This document shows positions 10,154 through 20,165 of a stretch of DNA of 64,000 bases, piece after piece. How positions within the stretch are numbered: the stretch's first letter is position 1; every line of letters starts with the position of its first letter. A program made the translations under genes and the position numbers. Origin of the DNA: Geopsychrobacteraceae bacterium (GTDB lineage Bacteria; Desulfobacterota; Desulfuromonadia; Desulfuromonadales; Geopsychrobacteraceae); contig CAXXTB010000002.1 in NCBI GenBank assembly GCA_963676795.2, positions 320,001 to 384,000 on the forward strand. The letters are read 5' to 3'. The notes below the pieces were generated by a model, which was given only the letters and a program-made list of their open reading frames with translations, was not told the DNA's origin and ran no database searches.

Positions 10154-11470
10154 ATGTCACTGAAAACCTTCGCCGGTGGACTCCATCCACCCGACAGTAA
10201 AAGCTACTCCGAGCACAAGGCGATTGAAGCTTGCCCGCTGCCCGAAGAACTGGTCATCCCGGCCATGCAGCATATCGGCGCCCCCGCCGAGATCTGTGTG
10301 GGTAAGGGCGACCTGGTCAAAAAGGGCACAGTCATTGCGAATGCCAAAGGCTTCGTCTCGGTGCCGATCCATGCCTCGACCTCAGGCGAAGTCATCGCCG
10401 TCGAGCCGCGCATGCATCCAAGCGGCAAGCTGCTGCCCGCCGTCGTCATCAAGCCGGACGGCGAAGATGCCTGGGATGAAAGCCTTAAAGGCGGTAACCC
10501 CGACGATCTCGACGCAGAAGCCCTCAAGAAGAAGATCCTCGCCTGCGGTATTGTCGGCCTGGGCGGTGCCACCTTTCCGGCCCACGTCAAGCTCTCGCCA
10601 CCGGCCGACAAGAAGATCGATACTTTGATTCTCAACGGCGTCGAGTGTGAGCCATACCTGACCGCCGACCACCGCCTGATGCTGGAAGAGAGTGAGCGCC
10701 TGATCGACGGGATCAACATCCTGCGCAAGGTGCTTGGCATCGAGCGTGCCGTCATCGGCATCGAATCGAACAAGCCGGACGCCATCGCCAAGCTCGGCAA
10801 GGAATGCATCGCCCACAAGATCGAGGTCGTGCCCTTAGAGGTCAAATACCCGCAGGGCGCCGAGAAGCAGCTGATCGACGCCGTCACCGGCCGTCAGGTG
10901 CCATCCGGTGGCCTGCCGATGGACGCCGGTGTCGTGGTTCAGAACGTCGGGACCGCCGCCGCTGTCAGTGACGCCATCCGTCTGGGTCACCCGCTGGTCG
11001 AGCGGATCGCCACCGTCACCGGCCCCGGTATCAAAGACCCGAAAAACCTCAAAATCGCCGTCGGCACCCCCTTGCAGCATCTGGTCGACCAGTGTGGCGG
11101 CCTTGTTGGTGAGCCGGGCAAGATCATCATGGGCGGGCCGATGATGGGCCAGACCCAGCTCTCGCTGGAGGCCCCGGCGATCCGCGGCACCTCCGGACTG
11201 TTGATCTTCCGTAAGGAGGATATCGACACCAAACCGGCCGGTCCCTGTATCCGCTGCGGGCGCTGCGTCAGTGTCTGCCCGATCCACCTGCAGCCGACCC
11301 TGCTGGCCGCTTACGCAAGGCTCGATCTGATCGACGAAGCCGAAAGAGCTAACGCCCTCGACTGTATCGAGTGCGGCTGCTGTACCTATATCTGCCCGGC
11401 GACATTGCCGCTGGTGCAATCGATCCGCTACGCCAAGGGCGGCATTATGGCCAAGAGAAGGAAATCCTGA
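10154..11470 (+). CDS. rnfC: Rnf subunit C
   Basis: QHIGAP, GLGGATFP, NGVECEPYLTAD, KYPQGAEKQLI, GGPMMG and two 4Fe-4S motifs. Confidence 0.95.
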   Translation: MSLKTFAGGLHPPDSKSYSEHKAIEACPLPEELVIPAMQHIGAPAEICVGKGDLVKKGTVIANAKGFVSVPIHASTSGEVIAVEPRMHPSGKLLPAVVIKPDGEDAWDESLKGGNPDDLDAEALKKKILACGIVGLGGATFPAHVKLSPPADKKIDTLILNGVECEPYLTADHRLMLEESERLIDGINILRKVLGIERAVIGIESNKPDAIAKLGKECIAHKIEVVPLEVKYPQGAEKQLIDAVTGRQVPSGGLPMDAGVVVQNVGTAAAVSDAIRLGHPLVERIATVTGPGIKDPKNLKIAVGTPLQHLVDQCGGLVGEPGKIIMGGPMMGQTQLSLEAPAIRGTSGLLIFRKEDIDTKPAGPCIRCGRCVSVCPIHLQPTLLAAYARLDLIDEAERANALDCIECGCCTYICPATLPLVQSIRYAKGGIMAKRRKS

Positions 11471-12462
11471 TGAACAACCAGCTCTATCTGTCATCCTCAC
11501 CCCATATTCACAGCGGCGAGACCACCGACAAGATCATGCGCCTGGTCATCTACGCCCTGGTTCCAGCCGTGCTCGTCTCGCTCTACAGCTTCGGCCTGCC
11601 GGCATTGATCGTTATCCTGATCTGCACCATCGGCTGCGTCGTCTTCGAAGCCCTGGCCAACAAGGCGATGAAACGCTCCTGCACCATCAAGGACGGCTCC
11701 GCCGCCTTGACCGGCATCCTGCTGGCGCTCAACCTGCCGCCGACCAGCCCCTGGTGGCTGGCACTTTTGGGAGCCGCCATCGCCATCCTGATCGGCAAGC
11801 AGGTCTACGGCGGACTGGGGAGTAACCCGTTCAACCCGGCCCTGGTCGCCCGGGTTGTGCTCTTGATCTCCTTCCCGGTGCAGATGACCGCCTGGACGGC
11901 GCCTGCGATTTTAAGCACCAGGCTCGACGGTATCTCCATGGCGACCCCCTTAGGGCTGGCCAAGGAAGGGGTCATGCTCACCGGCCAGCTGCCTGAGATC
12001 GTCCATACGGGTCTGCTCGACTTCTTCCTCGGCAACAGCGCCGGCTCTCTGGGTGAGATGTCGGCCATTGCCCTGCTGCTCGGCGGCCTGTTCCTGCTCT
12101 TTAAAAAGGTTATCAGCTGGCACACCCCGGTCGCCTATATCCTGACCGTCGTCATCTTCAGCGGCATCTTCTGGCTGGTTGACCCCACCAAATACCCGAG
12201 CCCGCTGTTTCACCTGTTCACCGGTGGTCTGATGTTAGGGGCCTTCTTCATGGCGACCGACATGGTCACCACCCCTGTCACCGGCCGCGGCATGCTGATC
12301 TTCGGTTTCGGCTGCGGGATCCTCACCGTGCTGATCCGTCTGTTCGGCGGCTACCCGGAAGGGGTTTCCTTCGCCATCCTGCTGATGAACGCCGCCACGC
12401 CACTGATCGACCGCTATACCCGTCCGAAGATCTACGGACAGGTGGCACCACAGAAGGCTTAA
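11470..12462 (+). CDS. rnfD: Rnf subunit D
   Basis: SSSPHI start, YGGLGSNPFNPA, SMATP FMN-site Thr, FFMATD and GGYPEG. ATG overlaps the rnfC stop (TGATG). Confidence 0.95.
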   Translation: MNNQLYLSSSPHIHSGETTDKIMRLVIYALVPAVLVSLYSFGLPALIVILICTIGCVVFEALANKAMKRSCTIKDGSAALTGILLALNLPPTSPWWLALLGAAIAILIGKQVYGGLGSNPFNPALVARVVLLISFPVQMTAWTAPAILSTRLDGISMATPLGLAKEGVMLTGQLPEIVHTGLLDFFLGNSAGSLGEMSAIALLLGGLFLLFKKVISWHTPVAYILTVVIFSGIFWLVDPTKYPSPLFHLFTGGLMLGAFFMATDMVTTPVTGRGMLIFGFGCGILTVLIRLFGGYPEGVSFAILLMNAATPLIDRYTRPKIYGQVAPQKA

Positions 12463-12474
12463 GGGGAGAGACTC

Positions 12475-13074
12475 ATGAAAGACATCATCAAACTGCTCGT
12501 CGCCCTGACCCTTATCGCTGCAATCGCCGGCCTGGTCCTCTCGGTTGTGGAAAAAGCGACCCGCGAACCGATCGCCGCCCAGCGCAAGGCGCAGATGGTC
12601 AAAGCCTTAAGTGCCGTGCTGCCGGACTTCGATAACAGCCCCGACGCCGATAGCGTGGTTCTTGAGAACGGCGTCGACAAGAAGGGTAATCCGGTCCTTA
12701 TCACCTTCTACCGCGCCCGCAAGAATAACGAACTGGTCGGTACCGCGTTCAAGATGATCGCCCCGGAAGGGTACAGCGGCAATATCGAGATCATGATCGG
12801 GGTGAAACCGGATCAGAGCATCAACGCTATCGAGATCCTCACCCACGCCGAAACACCGGGGTTGGGGAGCAAGATCGCGGAAGGCTGGTTCAAAGAGATG
12901 TTCCAGGGCAAGAGCCTTGAGAACGCCGACTGGCGGGTCAAGAAGGACGGCGGCGAGTTCGACCAGATCTCCGGGGCGACCATCTCGCCACGCGCCGTGG
13001 TCGGGGCACTCAAGGCCGGTCTTGAATTTTACCGTGACAACAGTCAGAGAATCACAGAAGGAGGCGTCCAATGA
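12475..13074 (+). CDS. rnfG: Rnf subunit G
   Basis: GYSG, HAETPGLG and DQISGATISP (FMN-binding SGAT). Confidence 0.95.
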   Translation: MKDIIKLLVALTLIAAIAGLVLSVVEKATREPIAAQRKAQMVKALSAVLPDFDNSPDADSVVLENGVDKKGNPVLITFYRARKNNELVGTAFKMIAPEGYSGNIEIMIGVKPDQSINAIEILTHAETPGLGSKIAEGWFKEMFQGKSLENADWRVKKDGGEFDQISGATISPRAVVGALKAGLEFYRDNSQRITEGGVQ

Positions 13075-13661
13075 GCCTGATGCAGGATTTTACCAAAGGG
13101 ATCTGGACCGAGAACGCCGTCTTCAAACTGCTGCTCGGGATGTGTCCGACCCTGGCGGTCACCACCAGTGCTGAAAACGGCATCGGCATGGGACTGGCAA
13201 CCACCTTCGTCCTGATCTGTTCGAATATCGTCGTTTCGTTACTTAGAAAGCTGATTCCATCCGGCGTGCGTATCCCGGCCTTTATCATCATCATCGCCTC
13301 CTTCGTCACCGTCGTGCAGCTGGCGATGGAAGCCTGGATCTTTGATCTCTACCAGGCCCTTGGCATCTTTATCCCGCTGATCGTCGTCAACTGCCTGATC
13401 TTAGGCCGCGCTGAAGCCTTCGCATCGAAGAACGGCACCTTACGTTCGATCTTCGACGGGGTCGGCATGGGGATCGGCTTCACCCTGGCGCTGTTTATCT
13501 TAGGGGCTGTTCGCGAACTGTTCGGTGCCGGTTCGATCTTAGGTTTCACTATCTTCGGCGGTTCCTACCAGCCGATGCTGCTGATGATCCTGCCACCGGG
13601 CGCCTTCATCACCCTGGGGCTCTTGCTGGCGCTGATGACCAGGTGCGGACAGAAGGGGTAG
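13071..13661 (+). CDS. rnfE: Rnf subunit E
   Basis: LGMCPTLAVT, IPLIVVNCLILGRAEAFA and LPPGAF. Confidence 0.95.
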   Translation: MSLMQDFTKGIWTENAVFKLLLGMCPTLAVTTSAENGIGMGLATTFVLICSNIVVSLLRKLIPSGVRIPAFIIIIASFVTVVQLAMEAWIFDLYQALGIFIPLIVVNCLILGRAEAFASKNGTLRSIFDGVGMGIGFTLALFILGAVRELFGAGSILGFTIFGGSYQPMLLMILPPGAFITLGLLLALMTRCGQKG

Positions 13662-13676
13662 GGGGAAGGCTGTATT

Positions 13677-14480
13677 TTGGATATGCGTAATGATAAATGT
13701 AATGCGGTTGAGAAGGCGCTGAAAATCCTTTTGTTTTTTGCCCATGACAATACGCCAATCGGAACCAGCGCTTTGGCTGAAGCTGTCAACCTTAATAAGG
13801 CAACGACAAGCCGTTTATTGATAACTTTGAAAAATTATGGGTTTTTGAATAAGGATTCTGAAACGTCAAAGTACAGCCTTGCCGGCGCCACTGTTTCCCA
13901 ATTCTGGCACTCTGTGACCAGGGATCTTGATGGTCAAAGTATCATTATTGCCCAACCTTTCTGTGATCAGTTAAGGGATGCGATCTCCGAAACCGTTCAT
14001 TTTGAAATTCTTTCTGGCAGTCATATGTTTTTGGCATATGCAGCTCGTTGCCACAACCCGATATCTGTCTCCATATCGATTGGTGACCGGGTACAGCCTC
14101 ACACCCACGTCGGAGCCAAGTGTATTGCCGCGTATTCTCACCCCCATCTCGTCAGGAAGTGGCTTGGGCGATGTTTGTCAGACAGCTCCAAGATTGATAG
14201 CCTGTTTGAGGAATATCGCCAAATTTTGTTGCGACGGATTTCTATCGATGACGGGCAGTTTGACAGAAATATCTTTGCAATAGCTGCCCCTGTTTTCGAC
14301 AGGAACAGCCGGGCAATTGCCAGTGTCGTTGCTTTGGCGCCTCTTCAAAGAAAAGAACGTTTGATGTCTTCTGCTGTCATTGACTCCATGAGGGATACTG
14401 CACGGAAAATTTCAACAAATCTGATGTGCCCAGATGAATATGATGAGTTATGCGAAATGTATTCAATGAATTATATGTAG
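13677..14480 (+). CDS. IclR-family transcriptional regulator
   Basis: AVEKALKIL...LNKATTSRLLITL HTH; C-terminal GKxxxA-like and IAAPVFD effector-domain motifs. Start may be ATG 13683. Confidence 0.88.
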   Translation: MDMRNDKCNAVEKALKILLFFAHDNTPIGTSALAEAVNLNKATTSRLLITLKNYGFLNKDSETSKYSLAGATVSQFWHSVTRDLDGQSIIIAQPFCDQLRDAISETVHFEILSGSHMFLAYAARCHNPISVSISIGDRVQPHTHVGAKCIAAYSHPHLVRKWLGRCLSDSSKIDSLFEEYRQILLRRISIDDGQFDRNIFAIAAPVFDRNSRAIASVVALAPLQRKERLMSSAVIDSMRDTARKISTNLMCPDEYDELCEMYSMNYM

Positions 14481-14969
14481 GGTGCCCTGCTGAGCAATAT
14501 TGAATTTTCAAATATCTGCTTGTTTGTACCGAAATGCAAGACCTCGTGGTGTGATCAATATTATTCCGACAATCACCAACCTTGCAAAGATTGCTTTACG
14601 CCGTATCGAGACACAGTAATTTCCAAGGTGTCGACTCCGTTTATGCCCCTTTTGATCAAAGATGCAGTTCGCTAGATCTTGCTGAACCTGTATTGCCTGC
14701 GGTTTTTTTTCAATGACATAGATCCCTGTGCGGAAGAAAACAAGGAGCAGGTAGGGGACTTTGACCTGTTGCTGTATTTTCCTGGGCTTTGATCGTTATA
14801 TTTGGACATCAATAAGATATATGCACATTAACAAGGCCAATCGGAAGGTTTTTTGATTGGTCTTGTTGGTGTGTGAAAATACTCACTGGTCGTTATATAA
14901 AACGATAGTCACTATTTTTGGTCGCGAAATATAGTGGTCCAGCCTGTGCAGAAGGTGTGAACGACGTGA

Positions 14970-15014
14970 TATCAGACATTTAACGAACATTTATCGGATG
15001 GCACGTTTTCTGCT
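14970..15014 (+). promoter_or_regulatory. IHF-like site plus sigma54 (-24/-12) promoter
   Basis: TATCAGACATTTA (14970-14982) fits WATCAR-N4-TTR. TGGCACGTTTTCTGCT (14999-15014) has GG-N10-GC. Confidence 0.8.
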
Positions 15015-15092
15015 GAAGAAGTTGTAACGAAAATACGGTTTTCCTGCCGTAATATCATTGAACTCGGCTTACCGAGAAACAAGGAGGTTGCA

Positions 15093-17108
15093 ATGTCAAA
15101 ACTTTATCCATCCTACCAGAACCCATATCTAATCGACGCCGAACGTCCCATGCCGGACGAAATGGCAGTGATCGGGGCGGGCCACATCGGGCCGGACATC
15201 GCCTATTTTCTGCGTACCGGACTGCCGGAGAAGAAGCTTTATCTTGTCGATGTAGCTGAAGAGCCGTTGAAAAAGGCCGAGGAGCGTTATAAGACCTATG
15301 CGGCCAAAGCCGTTAAGATGAAAAAGATGTCTCAGGAAATGGCAGACAAGGTTCTGAGTAACATTGTTTACACCACAGACTATAATGACATTAAAAATTG
15401 CGGTCTGGTCATTGAGGCAGCCACCGAAAACCTGCCATTGAAGAAGAAGATCTTCAGCACTTTGGAAGAGATCTGTGATGAAAAAGCGATCCTGACTTCC
15501 AACACCAGTGGTATTCCGGCCAATGACATCTTCACTCACCTGAAGCATCCGGAACGCTGTACAATCACTCACTTTTTTGCTCCAGCCTGGCGCAGTCTGC
15601 CGGTTGAGATCATCAACTGGGAAGGGGCGTCTGACGATCTGATCAATTACCTGTTGTGGTTCTTTGCGAATGTCGGCAAAGCTCCTGTGGTGACAGCCAA
15701 TGTCTTCTCGTTCCTGTTGAATCGTATTTTTGAACCATGGACCAGTGAAGCGGCTTATCTGCTCGATAGAGCAACCACCCAGCAGGTTGACCATGTCTGT
15801 GAAGACATTACCGGTAGTGGACCTTTCTTTGTTCTCGATTTTGCCGGCGGCAACCCACTGACCTACTCATCCCAGCTGCGCAGGACGAGCGAGCGCCAGT
15901 GCTACAAGCCTTCGCCATTGTTGCTTTCTGTCAAGTCATGGAATGTCAATAAGATCGGCACCAAGGTCGACGTACCTCTGGACCTGAAAGACTGGATCCG
16001 GACCCGTATGCTGGGTTGTGCCTTTTCTCAGGCCTTTGAAATTGCCGATCGCAATATCGGCACTCGTCAGGATCTGAACTTTGGCAGCATGATTGCCCTG
16101 GCTTTCAAAAAGGGTCTTTTTGAATTGATGGAAGATCTGGGTGAGCGTGAAGTCATGCGTATTGTTGAAGACTTCAACAAGGAACGTCCCGGCTGGCCTC
16201 AGCCAAAGCGCTCCATTGCCGAATACACCGATTTTGCACGTGATATTCTGATTGATGATAAGGACGGCGTTCGGATTATTACCATCCGTCGTCCTCAGGC
16301 CGCCAACAGCCTGAGTGCTTACACCTGTGACGAAATTCTGAAGGAACTGAAAAAAGGTGAGGCTGACGCATCTGTCAAAGGTTTTGTCATTACCGGTTAC
16401 GGCACTAAAGCTTTCTGTGCTGGTGCTGACATCAATGGCTTTATCGCTACTATTGATGATTATGCCGCAGGCATGCAGCTTTCACGCGGAAACAGCAAGC
16501 TGATTGAATACCTTGACACCATGAACAAGCCGGTTGTTGCTGCAGTTAACGGTCTGGCAATGGGTGGCGGTGTCGAACTGGCTACCGCATGTCATAGCAT
16601 GGTCTTTGACAAGAAGGCATTCTTCCAACTGCCGGAGCTGACTCTGGGAATCTTCCCAGGTATGGGCGGCGCTGTTCTTCCTTACCGCAAATGGCCACAT
16701 GCAGCTGAGAAGTTCCATGCCATGATCGGTCAGGGTGAGCGACTGACCTGCAAAGAGGCTGATGAGCTCGGCATGGTAGCTGCGGTCACAGGTGATTACA
16801 AGGAAATGATTGCAGCCGCGATCAAGGAAGTTGGCCGCCTGGAAGGCAATGTTCCTCGGATCACCTCTGGTCCGGTTGCTATCCCTGAATTTGTCGTGCC
16901 TGATGAGCCTAAAGCAGGTGATCTGCCACTGAGTAAAGAGGCTTTGGGAATCGTCGGAAGTGTTATTAATGAAGGTGCGGCAGCTGACAGCTTCAAAGCA
17001 TCCATGGAAATCACTTATCATTACTCTGGTGTGATCTCCTGCTCAGATGCGCCGAAAGAAGGTGTTTTCGCGTTCCTGGAGAAGCGTAAGCCTGAATTCA
17101 AGAAATAA
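15093..17108 (+). CDS. 3-hydroxyacyl-CoA dehydrogenase / enoyl-CoA hydratase fusion (HADH N-terminal)
   Basis: GAGHIG, IEAATE, SNTS and HFFAP, followed by a crotonase domain with AGADI, GGGVELA and LPE. Confidence 0.9.
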   Translation: MSKLYPSYQNPYLIDAERPMPDEMAVIGAGHIGPDIAYFLRTGLPEKKLYLVDVAEEPLKKAEERYKTYAAKAVKMKKMSQEMADKVLSNIVYTTDYNDIKNCGLVIEAATENLPLKKKIFSTLEEICDEKAILTSNTSGIPANDIFTHLKHPERCTITHFFAPAWRSLPVEIINWEGASDDLINYLLWFFANVGKAPVVTANVFSFLLNRIFEPWTSEAAYLLDRATTQQVDHVCEDITGSGPFFVLDFAGGNPLTYSSQLRRTSERQCYKPSPLLLSVKSWNVNKIGTKVDVPLDLKDWIRTRMLGCAFSQAFEIADRNIGTRQDLNFGSMIALAFKKGLFELMEDLGEREVMRIVEDFNKERPGWPQPKRSIAEYTDFARDILIDDKDGVRIITIRRPQAANSLSAYTCDEILKELKKGEADASVKGFVITGYGTKAFCAGADINGFIATIDDYAAGMQLSRGNSKLIEYLDTMNKPVVAAVNGLAMGGGVELATACHSMVFDKKAFFQLPELTLGIFPGMGGAVLPYRKWPHAAEKFHAMIGQGERLTCKEADELGMVAAVTGDYKEMIAAAIKEVGRLEGNVPRITSGPVAIPEFVVPDEPKAGDLPLSKEALGIVGSVINEGAAADSFKASMEITYHYSGVISCSDAPKEGVFAFLEKRKPEFKK

Positions 17109-17136
17109 TTGATAGTCGATTTATAGTGATAATGTT

Positions 17137-17181
17137 TAGGCTGGTTCCGTGTCGCTCGGCATGGAACCAGCCTATTTGTTT
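17137..17181 (+). terminator. Rho-independent terminator
   Basis: TAGGCTGGTTCCGTG / CATGGAACCAGCCTA stem followed by TTTGTTT. Confidence 0.7.
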
Positions 17182-17386
17182 AGAGTACGCCGGTCATCAT
17201 GTTTACCTCTTGTTTGGTTATGGATTAATAGAAAAAGAACATTAGACTCCTGGGTGGGGGAGTGCGATGTTGGTCCAGAAGGTTCAGCTCTATGTCTGCA
17301 TGTGTTTATTGATGCAACAGAGCTTTTCAATACAGCATCTGGGAAAACAGCTATTGTGATAAGTGATGTAGTAGCCGATTTTGTAA

Positions 17387-18316
17387 GTGAGTGTCATGGA
17401 AGTCATCAGTCGTGTCGTAGATATTCCGGACTGTATCGTCAGCAGTGTTGTGACTATCGGTACCTTTGATGGGATTCATTTGGGACATCAGGAACTTCTC
17501 CGCCAATTGGTGTCAAGAGCTAGAGGCAGGGAGTCTTTGGCGATCGTATTCAGTTTTTCAACGCATCCATCAACTCTTGTTTCCTCAGCACGTTCTCCCC
17601 TGTTTATATCGAGTTCATCTGAAAAACGTAAACTGATCGAAGAATGTGGAGTTGATGTATTGATCGACGTTCCCTTTACCCAGGAGTTGGCCGCTTGCCA
17701 TCCTCGGGCCTTTGTGGATCGCGTTCTGTTGAATAAGCTGAGGATGCGTGAGTTTGTTGCTGGTTACGATTGCGCCTTTGGCCGGAATCGTCAGGGAACG
17801 GTTGAGTTCTTGCGCGATTATGGAAAAAAACGTGATTTTGATGTTCATGCTTTGAGGCCATTATACAAGGCGGGATCCATCTGCAGTTCGACAAGGATTC
17901 GCAATTCAATTCTGAACGGTGATGTGGCTGAAGCCGCAACCCTGTTGGGAAGACCTTATTCGATAGAAGGAAATCTAAGTTCTTGCGGATTCCTTATGGC
18001 TCAGGTCCGCACAGACTCAAGGCTCTTGCCAAACTCAGGGCTATACGCGGTTAAAGTTCGATCGGCAAGTAAGGTTTCAGCTGCTTTGCTGGTTGTGAAA
18101 TCCCGTAATGGTGATAGCGCGTTGTCTGAACTTGAGCTGTTTTGTCTTGATCTGGATGGAAAAAATGACAATCAGTCGGTTGGGCTCTTTTTTTATAAAA
18201 AAATTGAGCTGGAAGCGTTGGCGGGCTTTTCGGGCTTCGATCATCCGACTGGGAGAGAAAATAGAACCCCTGAGATTTTTCCATGCCTCAATGCGAGATC
18301 TTCACTCCTGAAATAA
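17387..18316 (+). CDS. RibF-like FMN adenylyltransferase with degenerate riboflavin-kinase domain
   Basis: TIGTFDGIHLGHQ, GYDCAFG, SSTRIR and LLGRPYS are present. The GRxxGFPTAN and ExH kinase motifs are absent. Confidence 0.75.
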   Translation: MSVMEVISRVVDIPDCIVSSVVTIGTFDGIHLGHQELLRQLVSRARGRESLAIVFSFSTHPSTLVSSARSPLFISSSSEKRKLIEECGVDVLIDVPFTQELAACHPRAFVDRVLLNKLRMREFVAGYDCAFGRNRQGTVEFLRDYGKKRDFDVHALRPLYKAGSICSSTRIRNSILNGDVAEAATLLGRPYSIEGNLSSCGFLMAQVRTDSRLLPNSGLYAVKVRSASKVSAALLVVKSRNGDSALSELELFCLDLDGKNDNQSVGLFFYKKIELEALAGFSGFDHPTGRENRTPEIFPCLNARSSLLK

Positions 18317-18590
18317 AACAACATAGTGTCTTTAGACAAATCAAGCGATCTTTCACAATAGAAGACATATTTCTCCCTTTAACTGGGTTATGGGTGTTTA
18401 AAACTGGCGATAATGTCTCTTCGGCTCTTCAGGCTGAGAGCAGGTCTACCTTACGGGCCATGTCTTAAACGGTATTCGCATCGAGTGGCGGTGACGATCA
18501 AGCTGATCATCTGCTGTTGCAGTGACGATTAAATTGCGGCCATCTCGATGCGAAGGGATGTTGCTTTAAATCCTGTGTCTACTGGTCTGC

Positions 18591-19862
18591 TTATGCGGCA
18601 GTTTGGTACTGACTCTCGCAGGCAAAGACGCGGTTTTTGTCAAAGTGACCTCCCGATTTATACCAGCCGTAAAACAGTTTCAGAAACTTGCGCATAACAG
18701 CGGTCATGGCCTTGGTGCCCGACATTCCATGGGCCTTCTTGTTGTGATAATAAGCCCCGTAGAGTGCCTTTTTCTTCACCAGGGGCAGGACTATCTGGCT
18801 AAGAACCTTGCGTAATAGGCTGCGTCCCTTTTTGCTGAGCTTATTCTTGCCGCGATAGGTTCCGCTCTGCTTCTCACGAATGTTCAAACCGGCGTAGCGC
18901 ATGAACTTGCGCAGGGTTTCGAAATCGCTGACCGGGCCGGTTTCAGCAACAATGCGGGCCAGGTGAAAGGTGGAGATAACACCCTGCTGCTGTTGCGGCA
19001 AATGAGGATCGAACCGACAGAGCTCCTCATAAAGAGTTTCCATCTGCTGCTTGGCCTCGTCTTTGCGAAGTTGATGCCTCTGGCAATCGTCCCACAATTG
19101 CCGGAAACGCCATTGTTGAATCTCCACCAGCCGTGAGCTGCTTTGATTACGGACCGAACTCTGTGCCTGACTGTAGAGCCTGTCCAAAGTCGTTTGACGA
19201 ATACGAGGGACAACCTGTTTCATCCGCTGGCAAAAGCGCTCTTTGTTCTCGGCAACAATACACAAGGGGTTCATGCCGTAGAGATCGACCAGTGCCGCTC
19301 CCGAACGAGTGTAGAGAAAGTCCTTCTGAAAGTCATAATCGGGAAACAGGACCTTGAGCTGACTGGCCAGCAGGCATTTGGTGCGCACGCATTCAACATC
19401 GGCCTGTTCATACAGTGCATGCCATTGTCGCAACAGAGCGTAGGATTCATCGTAATGGCGGCAGATGAGGGTTTTGCCCATACTCGCAAGGGTATGAATG
19501 ACATGGGGATCTTTCAGATCCGTTTTGCCTGAGTCATTGGTTTCGATAGACCGCATTTTAAACACCGCTTCGCCGGAGACCCAGGCTGTTAGCAAACCAA
19601 GCCGGTGCGCTGTTGCCAGCAAGCTCATGTGATAACAGCCGGTCGGTTCACAGACCACGAGAAGCTGTGAGTATCCGGCCATAAGAGCGCGATGCCTCCA
19701 GATAATAAGCTGTTTTTCTATCTCCGGTGTCGCATTGCAGAACTCATGATCGGTTAACCGGCCGGTAATTTTGGTGGCCATGTTCAGAGTTTTCTTACTG
19801 ACATCGAAAGCCAGAATTGCAACTGAATGATTTTCTTGAGCAGTCTTTATGGTACTCTTCAT
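18591..19862 (-). mobile_element. IS110-family transposase (intact DEDD recombinase); element ends not resolved
   Basis: FDVSK, CEPTG and KTDLKD supply D-E-D-D; C-terminal YAGLNIREKQSG...LSKKGRSLLR Tnp_20 domain. Confidence 0.92.
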
Positions 19863-20046
19863 GTGGGCTCCTCCTTGATCATGCGGATCTTGACCGGATC
19901 ACGCTCGTAGGTTCACTGCCGAATTACAGTGATTATGACAGGGAGGAGTCCTCTTTGTTGATGTGATTAGAATAATAGTAGATTAAGCGAGACCAAATAG
20001 GCGGTACTTTTATAATTGGCATCTTTGGTATGTAACGAACATGTAG

Positions 20047-20104
20047 GAATTTCACCGTATTTAACGATAATGGTAGTTGTAGTTCATTAAATACGGTGAA
20101 ATTC
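20047..20104. promoter_or_regulatory. Perfect 18-bp inverted repeat upstream of the sigma54 promoter (probable regulator binding site)
   Basis: GAATTTCACCGTATTTAA, 22 nt spacer, TTAAATACGGTGAAATTC. Confidence 0.55.
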
Positions 20105-20131
20105 GTTTTGTTGAAGACCTGGATAGCGCAA

Positions 20132-20165
20132 TATCAGATGTTTAGCCGATGGCACGTTTTCTGCT
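20132..20165 (+). promoter_or_regulatory. IHF-like site plus sigma54 promoter of the bsdCD-like operon
   Basis: TATCAGATGTTTA (20132-20144). TGGCACGTTTTCTGCT (20150-20165) is identical to 14999-15014. Confidence 0.8.

Noticed and set aside
18330..20010. Precise IS110 termini or target duplication
   Set aside because: No convincing terminal or subterminal inverted repeats were found by eye; this needs other copies or an empty site.
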